Source: Lama guanicoe (Eukaryota). From it: a stretch of 64,000 nucleotides of DNA. The stretch is from the NCBI GenBank assembly GCA_013239625.1, contig MU054212.1, positions 6,670,270-6,734,269 on the forward strand, read 5' to 3'. The position numbers were made by a program, and so were the translations under genes. Shown piece by piece: positions 13,423 to 23,947 of this stretch. Below the pieces are notes generated by a model. The model did not search any database, was not told the origin of the DNA, and saw nothing but the letters and a program-made list of their open reading frames with translations. The stretch's first letter is position 1; each line of letters starts with the position of its first letter.

Positions 13423-14709
13423 GACAGTGATGATATGACTGAGATCATAATCACTGCTGATCAGTACCTGGCCTCCTGCAAAGGTCCACGCAAGCACATG
13501 GCCTCTTTGTGAGACGCCGCTGAGCAGATATCAGATGGAGCTCCCTCCCCCATCACCTTCTTGCTGCTGAAAACCTTAATAACTTGGTATTGTTCAGCGA
13601 GTCATTCAAGCGAGGAGAGTGGAATTCTACCTGTTCCTTAAGGTAAAGTATCAGCTAGGCTGCTGCAGAGACAGGCATTCACAGCTCTTTCTACGTGTAA
13701 AAAGCTCACGGTTAGGTGAAGGCAAACCTTGAGAGAAAGCTTGGTAACTTCCTGTGTTTGTCTGAAATCAGGCACAAATGAAGGCAGTCTGCAAATCAGA
13801 GCTCAACAAATATATCCCCCTCTTTCCGTGGCATTTTCTACAGCTATTTTTTTCTTCTCCCCCCAAACCAGGAGAGAAATGCCCTGGAAACAGATCAGAA
13901 ACACAAGGAGCTGAAAACTCTAAAGTCAACTTTCACAAATGCCACACAGTTTCATAAACGACCATGCAAAGGATTTTTTTTTTTTTTAAACATTGGTTGT
14001 AATTTCTACTCGGTGTCACAACCCAGTGAACCATTAAAAGTGAACCGGCTCACTGAACCAAACTGAACAGATGGAATTCCACCCTTGCTCTGCTTGAAAG
14101 GCTCCATGAACAATACGCAGGCTTCTTTTAAGTCCCCTCCTGGAGGCTGCTTACCTCACTGATGCAAGCACGTGGGGAGCGCTCAGGAGGGGACGCGGGT
14201 GGCCCCTCAGCTCTTTGTTTGGTTGTATGGGGCTGTTGCTCCAGCAGAAGGGAAGGCAGTCCATTTTGCAATCCTCACGGCCACCCCCATCATTTTCAAG
14301 GTCCCAGTGTTATTTTCCATTTGCTCCGAAGTGTAGGTTAGTGGCTGAATGTTTTGTTCTCTTTTCATCCTGTCCTGCGTTGTCATTCACTTGTATCTGT
14401 CCAGATACAGAGATACCTTGAGAGATTTTGTGTGTGTGTATGCGTGTGAATAAGCCTGAACAACACGGATTCGTGTTATTCTCTTAGCCTGACTTACTTA
14501 CTATTTAATTTTCACTTCTTTTCAGGAAGTGCAGAGGAATGCCAGACCACAAGATAGACAATTTCAGTCCTTTCTTGGCTTCTAAACTCCTGACAGCACA
14601 GGGAAAGTAAACTGACAGAGATGGTTATAGACATGCATTGCTAATCAAAGGGCTAAAGATTGTCTTAGGAGACCAAGAGATCAAAAAGCTGTTGGCAGTC
14701 AATTTATTA

Positions 14710-14880
14710 AGCATCAGTCAATTAATTAGTTAATTCAATATATATCTATGAGAGCTAACCAGTGTCAGGCATTACACTGGACGTTGAGTGGGATCTAAAA
14801 CAGAACAAAGTTCAAGCCTATGCGGCTTTCCAGGAGGCAGTAATTTAGGAGAGAGAAGCTGGTCATAGACAATTATGCAT
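14710..14880 (-). mobile_element. L2 3' end fragment
   Basis: attcaatatatatctatgagagctaaccagtgtcaggca resembles the reverse L2 tail. Confidence 0.5.
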
Positions 14881-15079
14881 TTGAAAATAAATGCCATCCA
14901 CACTTGGATGGCTCACCTGCCTCTTTTCACTCCTGGCTGGTGCTCTGGTCTGATGACATGTGACCAGCATGTCAATATCTTCAGTACCGAGATTCTGAAG
15001 AAGTGTTTATTTTCAAGGCTCATGTTTTGTAAAGCTTTAAACTGATCTTGCGTCTTTGAAAATCAGACCATTTCTTCAA

Positions 15080-15570
15080 ATCATGTGCTAACAGGGTTCG
15101 GGAGACAATGGGCCAGAGAGAAAGCCACAGGGCCCAGGACTGGGAGTATGGGGAGGCACAGAAAGTCCTGGCAGGGGATCATTGATTAATTCCAGAGAGG
15201 TCAGCTGAGGGAGAGATTTGCAAGTAAGAGGACCAGAAACCAGGGAGACAGGCATCAGGGATCAGACACTGAGGTTAGGATTCCGGAACACACAAGGTCA
15301 GGGGGTAGAAAAGAAGTTTTTGGCAACATGAGGTCATGAGTCCAGGTCAAAATCTCTCAACAACAGAAGATTAGGAGCTATTCAAAAGGTCTGAATAATA
15401 GGCATAGGATGTAAACAGAAAGTATGAGTTTGATGTTGAATGATCCTGTGGCTCTCAGCCCTTCAAATGGCTCTGAACTAAGCCTAGAGCTGCTTACAGG
15501 GCTAGGCATGCCTGTTTGAATTTGCAAGAGGGCGGTTTTCAGATTAGAGGAAGGACAGGACTGAGAATTA
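15080..15570. mobile_element. Possible ancient LTR-like repeat (MamRep605-like)
   Basis: Purine-rich block with recurring aggtcag/ccagg units; family assignment tentative. Confidence 0.3.
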
Positions 15571-15674
15571 AGAATTTTCTGATAGCATTAAAATACAGAA
15601 CTGGGAAGCTACTGGCAAATCTGGATTTCTGAGTTTATATATTCCTGGAGATTAAATCTGCCATTTAATTTTTA

Positions 15675-15835
15675 GGTAGTAAAGCACAGTACTCAAGTGC
15701 AGTCTTTAGAATTTGCAGATTTGAGCTTGAGTCTATGTTATGCTACTTATTAGCTATGTGAACTTGTATAAGGCACTGAACCTCTCAAAAGCCATGGTTT
15801 CTTCAAGTGTAAAATAAGAATGACACATATCTTAA
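15675..15835 (+). mobile_element. MIR SINE
   Basis: tgctacttattagctatgtgaacttg...gtttcttcaagtgtaaaat. Confidence 0.75.
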
Positions 15836-17169
15836 AGTGCAAAATATTCAACACTGAAAAATAATAGATGCAAAATTATTATTTGTAGACATGATTTTTA
15901 TGATCACAATCCTCATGAATAATCCTCACTATTTTTTTATTCAGGACTTCTACACTTTTCCCTTTCAGAATGCAGCATTATATCCTACAAAGTTAACAGT
16001 TTTGACTTTTGATTTTTTTCCTTCACAATGACTCAGTCTTCTTTCAAAAAGTCTGTGCTTATTTTGTTTATTAAGCCTGATAAGCAGCAGTAACACAAAC
16101 TTACGAGGAAATATATTTAAAATCCCTATATAACATCTCTCTAAGCTCACAGTCAGAGGTGCCCACTTAGTAAGACTGATTGAAACACCAGGAGTCGGAC
16201 TGGAAGTCTCGGGAGAGCAGACCTAAATCCTTCTCTATCTTGTTCTAAGTATGACTCATCACGGGGCAAGCATTTTACATCGTCACTATCCCAACTTCAC
16301 ACACAAATGAGCCCTTATGGGATTCTATGGATTTCCTATGTGGAAATTAAATTAATAATGTTTTCTTTTGTGTGTGTGGTCAGGACTTAAAACAAATGGA
16401 TGCGCCACTGTGGAAGAGTTCAGAACATATTTTAATTTAAATTCTGTTTTGACTACTCCCCATGAGTTGTTATGGACAAAACAGCTATATGTGGAAGACT
16501 CCTGAGGCAGAAACTGATGGATGCCATTACAAGGGAAAAAAAAAATCAGTTATCTTCCCACTCCATATCAGGCTTCCATAACACTTTATTTAAAACATTA
16601 AAATAACATCAAATAAAGGGCAAGATCCTTGGTTTCTAGCCTAGATCCAAGCCTGCATTTTCATAGGCTCTTGAGAAATGTTTTTGAATGTGACTTTCTG
16701 TTTAACCATCATGTTTGCTTGCATTCTCATTCTTGCTACTTATTCCCTCCCACTGCCTGATCCTCAACAGCGTTATTCAAATGCATTTCTGAACCCTGAT
16801 ATATTTCTGTTGCCTATACGTTGGTGTCATATGGAGTCTGCTTGGATGCCGATGACAAAAGGTAATTGTCCTGAAAGCAATTCGGACATTAGTCTGTGGC
16901 TGGCTCTACCATCAGACAAAATTCCTAAATTCATTCATCTATTGATTAGTTATCTGAGAATTTTACGCTTTTACTTGGGGGCCAACGGAGCTGTAGTGAA
17001 CTGGTTACCTGGGCATTTTCTCAGTGCTTGAGGTGGACTTGGCAGTACCTTCGCAGCTGCGGATTCTCCCTACCCTGTGGGCTTTGGGCTGAAAGGCAGA
17101 CTAGGGAGGAGTCTTTTGTTTAGAGTAGATGGACACCTCGGAAGGAAGGAGCCACTGTGCTACGCTCAG

Positions 17170-17760
17170 CCACACCCTGCTGCTCACAGTTCCTTCCCCA
17201 ACACATCTCGCAGCCTTCCAGTATCTGAGCGCCACGCTGTTGCTTCTGGAATGCTTGCTTCTCATCCCTCATTTGCTTCCTTCACGTTCAGAGACTGCCT
17301 CGCTTGCAGCGCTCTCTCATGCACCCATTTGCTTCAGCTCTGAGCAAATTTAATTGCGCATTTCTCTGTACTTTCAGAGCAGTTATTTATGAATCTTTCT
17401 CCTCCACTCATCCGTGAACCTCTTCACAGGAGGTTCTCTCTAATCTTATTCATCTCTGGAAGGCAGAGTAAGTTAGTGGTTGAGAATATGGACTTTGGGG
17501 TTAGAAGGTTTGGATAAAATTTCCGTTTCCTCCACTTACTGTGTGATCTTGGAAAAGATGTTTAACCACTCTGAGCCACAGTTTTATTATCTGTAAAATG
17601 GCTGTTTCTTACCCTATAGGAGTTGTTGAATAGTTTTTTAAAATAATTTTTTACACAGTAAGCCCTCAGCAACCATGAGCCCTGATGGATCATACTGTTT
17701 ATACACTTGGTGTCCAGCAGTGTCTAGCTCATAGTAGGGCTACAGTATGCGTTTTGTTTC
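17170..17760 (+). mobile_element. L2 3' region interrupted by a MIR
   Basis: tctttctcctccact...tcttattcatctctg, then MIR, then ccagcagtgtctagctcatagtagg. Confidence 0.55.
17460..17680 (+). mobile_element. MIR SINE
   Basis: ccacttactgtgtgatcttgg...ctctgagccacagttttattatctgtaaaatgg. Confidence 0.85.
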
Positions 17761-18139
17761 ACTTTGTGCATGTCATCCTTAAACCATATGGTAAAAAAAT
17801 ACGGTTTCAAGACGCAGTTTATATATTTCTTTCACTAAAGGATGGGAAGGAATGAGGATAGAATTTTTCTGTGAAAGACAGAGAAAAGGGAATGGAAACT
17901 GAACTACTAAAACCTGAATTCTTATTTAACACTGCCAAGAATATTACCAAGATGAGAGACCAGGGAGTTACAGATCCTCAGTTCCAATTTTTGGATGGTT
18001 TCTCATTCACTATATCAATCTAGAATTGTCTTTTGATTTCTTTTTTTGGTAGCTCAGTTTCAATATATGCAAAACAGACACTGAGTGCTACCTTAACCTT
18101 CTCCAGAGGTAAAGAAAACAGAGCACGTCACTCAGTCAA

Positions 18140-18285
18140 TTTTATTATAAGCCCCCTCCTGCCCTTACAGCAGGGAAACTGAGATACAGGTCTGGGGACG
18201 TGATCAAGGTCACAGTCAGTGGCAGAACCAAATTAAAATTCATGTTCCCAGAGTCCTTTCCATGCCAGTGCTTCACCTACTGACC
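18140..18285 (-). mobile_element. MIR SINE fragment
   Basis: ttacagcagggaaactgag...caaggtcacag...gtggcagaacc. Confidence 0.7.
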
Positions 18286-18539
18286 CATGGTGCTTTACCA
18301 AGAAGTACTTCTGATTAAGGGAACTTTCAGGTTTCAATGACACAAATCCTTGGCAAGGACTTTAGGTAACAATCTCATCTGTACTCCAGTTACCTTTTGG
18401 CAAGAACCAGCTGTCTTGTCTATATGTTGACTTAACTGCCTCGGACAAGCCGACACTGAAGAAAGTGGTGTGTCTTCAATGTTGAACCAAGAATACAAGA
18501 GCTTAATAAAATCTCTATTAGAAAAATGAGGAGGACACA

Positions 18540-18690
18540 CAAAAATAGGGACAGGTGCCTTCCTCGTGGACTGAAAGCTCTCCATCAGGGACCACACCAT
18601 CTTTAGGGTCACCGCTGTGGTTTCAGAGCCTAGCACGGTGCCTTCAATGATCTATGTTTAACTGACATTGAATAAATGAATGAACAAATG
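18540..18690 (+). mobile_element. L2 3' end
   Basis: gcctagcacggtgcc...ttgaataaatgaatgaa tail. Confidence 0.7.
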
Positions 18691-18763
18691 CATGGGAACC
18701 TCAGTGCTTCAGGTGTAGTTGCACAGTTCCCCATACTTTGGTGCAATTTTGTCCTAATACTAA

Positions 18764-19975
18764 TGTGGTGGATTTTTCTGTACCCAGTGTTTTTAAGCAC
18801 TTGGCGTGTGTATATGTAATAGTCTGTTAAACTTTAAGCTTTGACTAAGGTTTCACAATACAATAGATACTGCACATCAAAGGGAGGTGATGAATCAAAA
18901 TGTGCATATTTTAAAGCTGGAGGTTAAGAGCCGGTTTCACCAATTTGGAGCTTAACCCTAGGGGAACACTGACCCACGTGGGGAATGTAAGAATGTTAAG
19001 AGAGAGGAAGGGAGAGAGCATTTTGACGACCATTTCGCAGGGAATGTTGCCTAAGGGGGGGGGGCAGCTGGAGGCATGCCCGCCCTCACTCAAACAGAGT
19101 AAGGGAGAATGACAAGGGGCACTCGGAGAGCTTTTTATCCTTCTGGGTTTGAGCCCAGAGTCGACTGAGTCTGCCTTCACCCCAGGAAATCGACAAGATG
19201 TAGACAAGACGTGTTAGAGAGATGGTTTTGGCAAGTGAGCAGAGGTGAGTCCCCGCTGCATCCAGAAAGTAACATCTCCTTCTTCCCAGAGTTCAAAGAG
19301 GCAACCCCCAGGGACCAGAAAGGGGTTTGATGTAGGAATAACCAAAGCCATTTCATATCTTGGCAAAGAAAGTGGCCTAGAAGAGGCAATGGGATTCCAG
19401 CAGAGAAAAATCTCTCCAGAATGGACCATCTGAGAACTGGGGCCAAGGTGGGGCACTGGGGGAGCTCCAGGAGGAGCATAAACTAGAGATCGAGTTCGAG
19501 GGGACCAGCTGGGGACTTGCCGAATTTAGCCCCTATACCCTCTATAAGAGAAGGAGTGAGCTTAGACATCTTCCAGACACAGATAGCATTACATTCAGAT
19601 TATAGCAATACTAATTCCTGGAGGCCACTATTCTGCTTCTAACCCTCTAGGCTGCAGGCCAGGAGGAGTCAGAAACCAGAGCCAATGAGCAGGATAAGGG
19701 GAGCAGACCAGCTCTTCCAGACAAAGAAGACCAGTGTCCTTTCCTCCAGGTGGCAGGCAGCTCTCCTGAAACTGGCCAAGCTGGTGGACAGGAGAGAATT
19801 AAACTCTAAGACAAGTTCAGAATTTTCCTAATTACTGGCAATGGGAATCTGCCCGTTGATTTGGGACTGTTTTGAACCTAAGGCGAATCCTAGAAGCGTC
19901 TATTTCTAAACATTAAGCACGGAAGTAAAGGGATGTGTTGAAGAGGGAATTTAATGGTGGGGGGAAAACTCCACA
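18764..19975. mobile_element. Candidate ancient solo LTR, family unassigned
   Basis: About 1.2 kb purine-rich block bounded by TGTGG (18764) and CCACA (19975); flanks actaa / atgaa match only partially. Confidence 0.3.
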
Positions 19976-20689
19976 ATGAAGGACATTTTGAAGAAGGAGG
20001 GGAGATCCAAATAAAATTACATTTTGGTTGTTCCTCCTAAGTGGAGCTTGGTAAAAACAGCAGGTAGATAGATTTCTCTTGATTTCACTGTGTATGTCTT
20101 TTAGTGAGCTTGGACAGAGCTCTCACTCTAAAAATATGCAATTCTGGTAGCTGTTGAGAAGCACCTCTGTGTGGCACCATGTGTGCCCACGGGGGGCGCC
20201 GCTTACCTTTCAGGGCACAGACCTGTGGAAGCTGCCAGAGTTTACCAACCTTACCCCTGGATGCCTGATTAATGAGAACACGTCAGTCTGGCTAGAGTCA
20301 AAAGAAAGGGGACGAAAGAGAATTAGAAATCATTTGGTCTTTCCCATCTAATGTTTGTACTGTCTCCATTATACATGGGGAAAAAAGGCCACGCCCCTGC
20401 TGATCTTCTTTTATATTTTAGAGCTACCCTACGCTGGATCAGTGTCCACCTCCTGGTGAAAAGCACTTCTTATAATGCAGTTCATGTATGCGTTGTATTC
20501 TCACATCGAGAGTTCTCAAGGCCATTTCCACTCTTCCATCTCTCCCACTGGCCCATCAGACTTAAAGAGCTGACCTGGCCACGGGACTACTATTATCTTG
20601 GTAGAAGGAAGAAGAAAGTGAGAAGGGAGCACTCATGCCTGGTACACTGTTGGCCATGGATGGAAGTAAAGGGGGATGAAGGGAATGGA

Positions 20690-20990
20690 GGTGACGTTTG
20701 CTGAGCTCCTACCCAATGCCATACGCCATGCAAATGCTTTCACATGACTGCTCTGGCTTTCGGTGAACAATAGTTCCATTAAAGTAGGTATACCTATAGC
20801 CTTTGCACAGCCACGCGAGTGCTTTCACATGACTGATCTGGCTTCCTGTGAACAATAGTTCCATTGTAATAGGCATTCTTGTACCTTTGTGGAGAGAGGG
20901 AATGAGAGAAGCGACTTGCTGAGCATCATGAATTCAGGACAGTCAGGTCCCAAATCCCTGTTCTTTCTGCAATCCTATACACCCTCCTTT
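20690..20990 (-). mobile_element. Degenerate MIR carrying an 85-bp tandem duplication
   Basis: tgctttcacatgact...aacaatag occurs twice (20735, 20820); followed by gcgacttgct...gaattcagg. Confidence 0.5.
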
Positions 20991-22399
20991 GAAACTACAT
21001 TTTTAAATACATTTTTTGAATTTTGCTTGTGACTTCTCTCATTCTCTTTAATCTCCAGAATCCAATCCCATATCAAAGCCAGTAGTATTTTTAAATAAGG
21101 AAATTGTTTTTGATTTCCATTACTACATTTTTATGAGACTACACTGACTTCTGTTATGAGAATTGAATTTCAGGATAGCAAATGTCATATGTTCTTTCTC
21201 AGCACTGTATACCTTTCCATTATAGTGCACAACAGTTGATTCCAATCAACTTTTTTTTAAAAAAAACTCATTCCACATTTCCAATATTTTTATACTTCTA
21301 TTACCATTCACAAATATTCTCAGAAGTGTGTTCCAATCTGGTGATATTATGATAACTTTCCCCTAGGGGTTTATTAGCTTCCATGTTGCAGTATTCATTT
21401 CACCTACTTTCATTTCCTTGGACTAAGTCCAGAATAGCCCCTGGTCCTGCTGATTGCTTCACAAGCTATGGGAGGGAACACTGCCACAGTGCGCTCAGAG
21501 ACAAGCATCCGTCTGACTCCCTTCCCGTGACCTATCAGTCATTGTCAGGGGACTGAGACTGCATCACACTGACTACTTTTATTTCTCGAATGCCTTCCCC
21601 TTTTTTTTTTTCTCCTGTTCACTGCCTAGCTTTCTGTTACAGGAAAACATATCTCCTCACATTAATATTTATTTTTATGAACTTGATTCTTTTTAAGAAA
21701 GTGGGCTTTCTATGCGGCATGGGTTTTTTTGGTTTTTAAACCAACTGGACAAGAAATGCCGACTCGAATCCATATAGCGTTTACCAAGATTTTGACATGC
21801 TGTTGGAGGTACAGCGGCCAAAAGTTGGGCTGCTGTCCTCCTGGATAACGTAACTCTTAGGGAAGAACTCCTCCTACGGAGGTTCAAGGGCATAAGGTAA
21901 ATTTCAAGTCACAGGGGAATTCCATACGGCATGCTTGTCATGTGAAGGGTTTAGTGGGCTGGTCACCAGGACGTGAACCCAAGTCTTTGGAATGAGAGGC
22001 ATGGAAAAAGGAGACCAAGGGAACACACAATGCACAATTCCCCGATTTCTAAGGTACAGTAAAAACCAGGTATAAACAGCACTGACATGAGTGGCCGTGG
22101 TGCTGACAGCCATAAGGCGAAGGAGGACGCTGTCCTGTCCTAGAGGTGACACTGCTGGAGACAGTGTTACAGGTGGGGCTGGCAGTGGTGGCTCTGATAA
22201 TGGCAAAGTGTCCACAGTGTTCCTTTAGAGCTCTCACAAGTGGATGCTGGACACACTGTCACATACATAGACATCAGCGATGTCTAAGCTTCTGATGGGC
22301 AGCAGTGAAGCCTGAGGTCAGGCCATTAGAAGCCTCTGAGGAAGGGAGAGGATACGGCTGAAATGGTCTGAGAAACACAAGGAGTGATAAGACTAACCT

Positions 22400-22620
22400 C
22401 GATGAGAACTAACACTATGTTCCCGGGGCCGTTTCATTCCTCACAACAACACTACAAGGTGATAACTGTTACTGCCCCCATTGTATAGATGATGAAATTG
22501 AGGTGCTGAAATACCAAGTAGCTTTTTCAAGGTCATGTAAGGAGCAAGTGCTGAGGTTCAATACAACTTAGGAAGTCTAGTTCCACAGTCTATGCTTTTA
22601 GACATCATACGACACTGTGC
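22400..22620 (-). mobile_element. MIR SINE
   Basis: tcctcacaacaac...ccccattgtatagatgatgaaattgagg...caaggtca. Confidence 0.85.
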
Positions 22621-22879
22621 AACCTTATTACTTTGGTCTCGAGATTTAAATACAAGTTTAAATGTGATTTTTAATAGACTTTTTTGGGGGCCTGGGAAAA
22701 TTCCTTTAAGAAAAGTTGCTGAACATATTGCTTTAAGATTGTAAAAGGAATATTGAACTTAAGGAAGAAATATTGCATTTAATAACTAAAATACCTTTAT
22801 TGTAAAATAAGATTCTTTCTTTAGGCTTCCAATTATCTTGCTTTTTTTTTCGTTTTTGCATTGCTCTCACATTTTTCTT

Positions 22880-23805
22880 TCTATTACTGTTGCCACTGGC
22901 CTAGACCAGACCCTCATCATCATGTCTGGACAAGTACAAGGATGCCCAACAAGATGCCCTGACTCTTGTCTCTCACGTCTCCAATTTACTTCACACTGCA
23001 TCAGATGAATGTTGTCAAAACAGCAACCACTTTTAACCTGTTCAAAAATATTTGTTGGCTCTAAGTAGCTATAAAATACATCCTATACTTTTTTGGCTGG
23101 AGGAGAAAACCACTCATATATACAGACATTCACACAACACCTTCCCCATACGTTTCTTTGTCTCAAAATACTCCCCTTCTAAACACTTCACTCCCCGGAC
23201 ACTAGTGGTCTCCACATGCCCTGGGACTTCTCATCTGCTGGAATCACAGCACAGTGCACTAACACGCCGAGACTTTGTTCAGTCTTAACACCTTTCCTAA
23301 AATTCCGCTCAATCAGAGCCTCCTGGTACTATATCTCTGTGTGAATTATAAAAAGGCCTTTCCTTTCTGTTCTGAAGCAGGCTGCATGAGGGCAGAGGGC
23401 TTGCTGAGTGGAGCTGGGGTTGGATTTCTGCTGTCCCTGCCCCCACCCCACGTGGGCTTTTCGTGCAGAACACAAATGTTCTTCTTCTGCAAGTTGGGGG
23501 CCGCCGTCCATCACGCCCCCTCCCCAGGAAGTGCTCACCCTGCCCCCTTCCTAAAACAGTGATTGCCTCTACAATTCATCAGGCAATTCATCATGTATTA
23601 CTTGGTGGCATCTCTTCAATTGTGGTTTTTAAAATTCTCTTATCAATGTTTTAATGTTTAATGTGTTAGTGTCTTCACTCCTCAGAACCTTCCCCCTTGA
23701 GGGCAGGATTAATATATTATATTTCTTTGTGGTTCTTAGAATATTCAACACAGTGTCTTGCATTGTAGGAACTCAAACATTATGTCTGTTGATTTTACTT
23801 GAATT
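22880..23805 (+). mobile_element. Fragmented L2 (about 22880-23370 and 23640-23805)
   Basis: ccactggcctagaccagaccctcatcatc; gagggcagg...caacacagtgtcttgcattgtaggaactcaa. Confidence 0.6.
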
Positions 23806-23914
23806 GTTTTTATGCAAATAAACACAGCTAATTACAAATGAAGCATGAATTTGTGGGAATTAATGATCAACAATTGACTGTCCATCGTTAGTTGGAAAGG
23901 ATAACGTTTCTACC

Positions 23915-23916
<2 letters not shown>

Positions 23917-23946
<30 letters not shown>
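23917..23946. repeat. (CA)15 microsatellite
   Basis: direct read. Confidence 0.95.

Positions 23947-23947
<1 letters not shown>

Noticed and set aside
13427..13523. Box C (GTGATGA) with downstream CTGA, suggesting a C/D snoRNA
   Set aside because: The D boxes at 13439 and 13457 give implausibly short RNAs, the one at 13520 has no terminal stem, and I recognise no rRNA-complementary guide.
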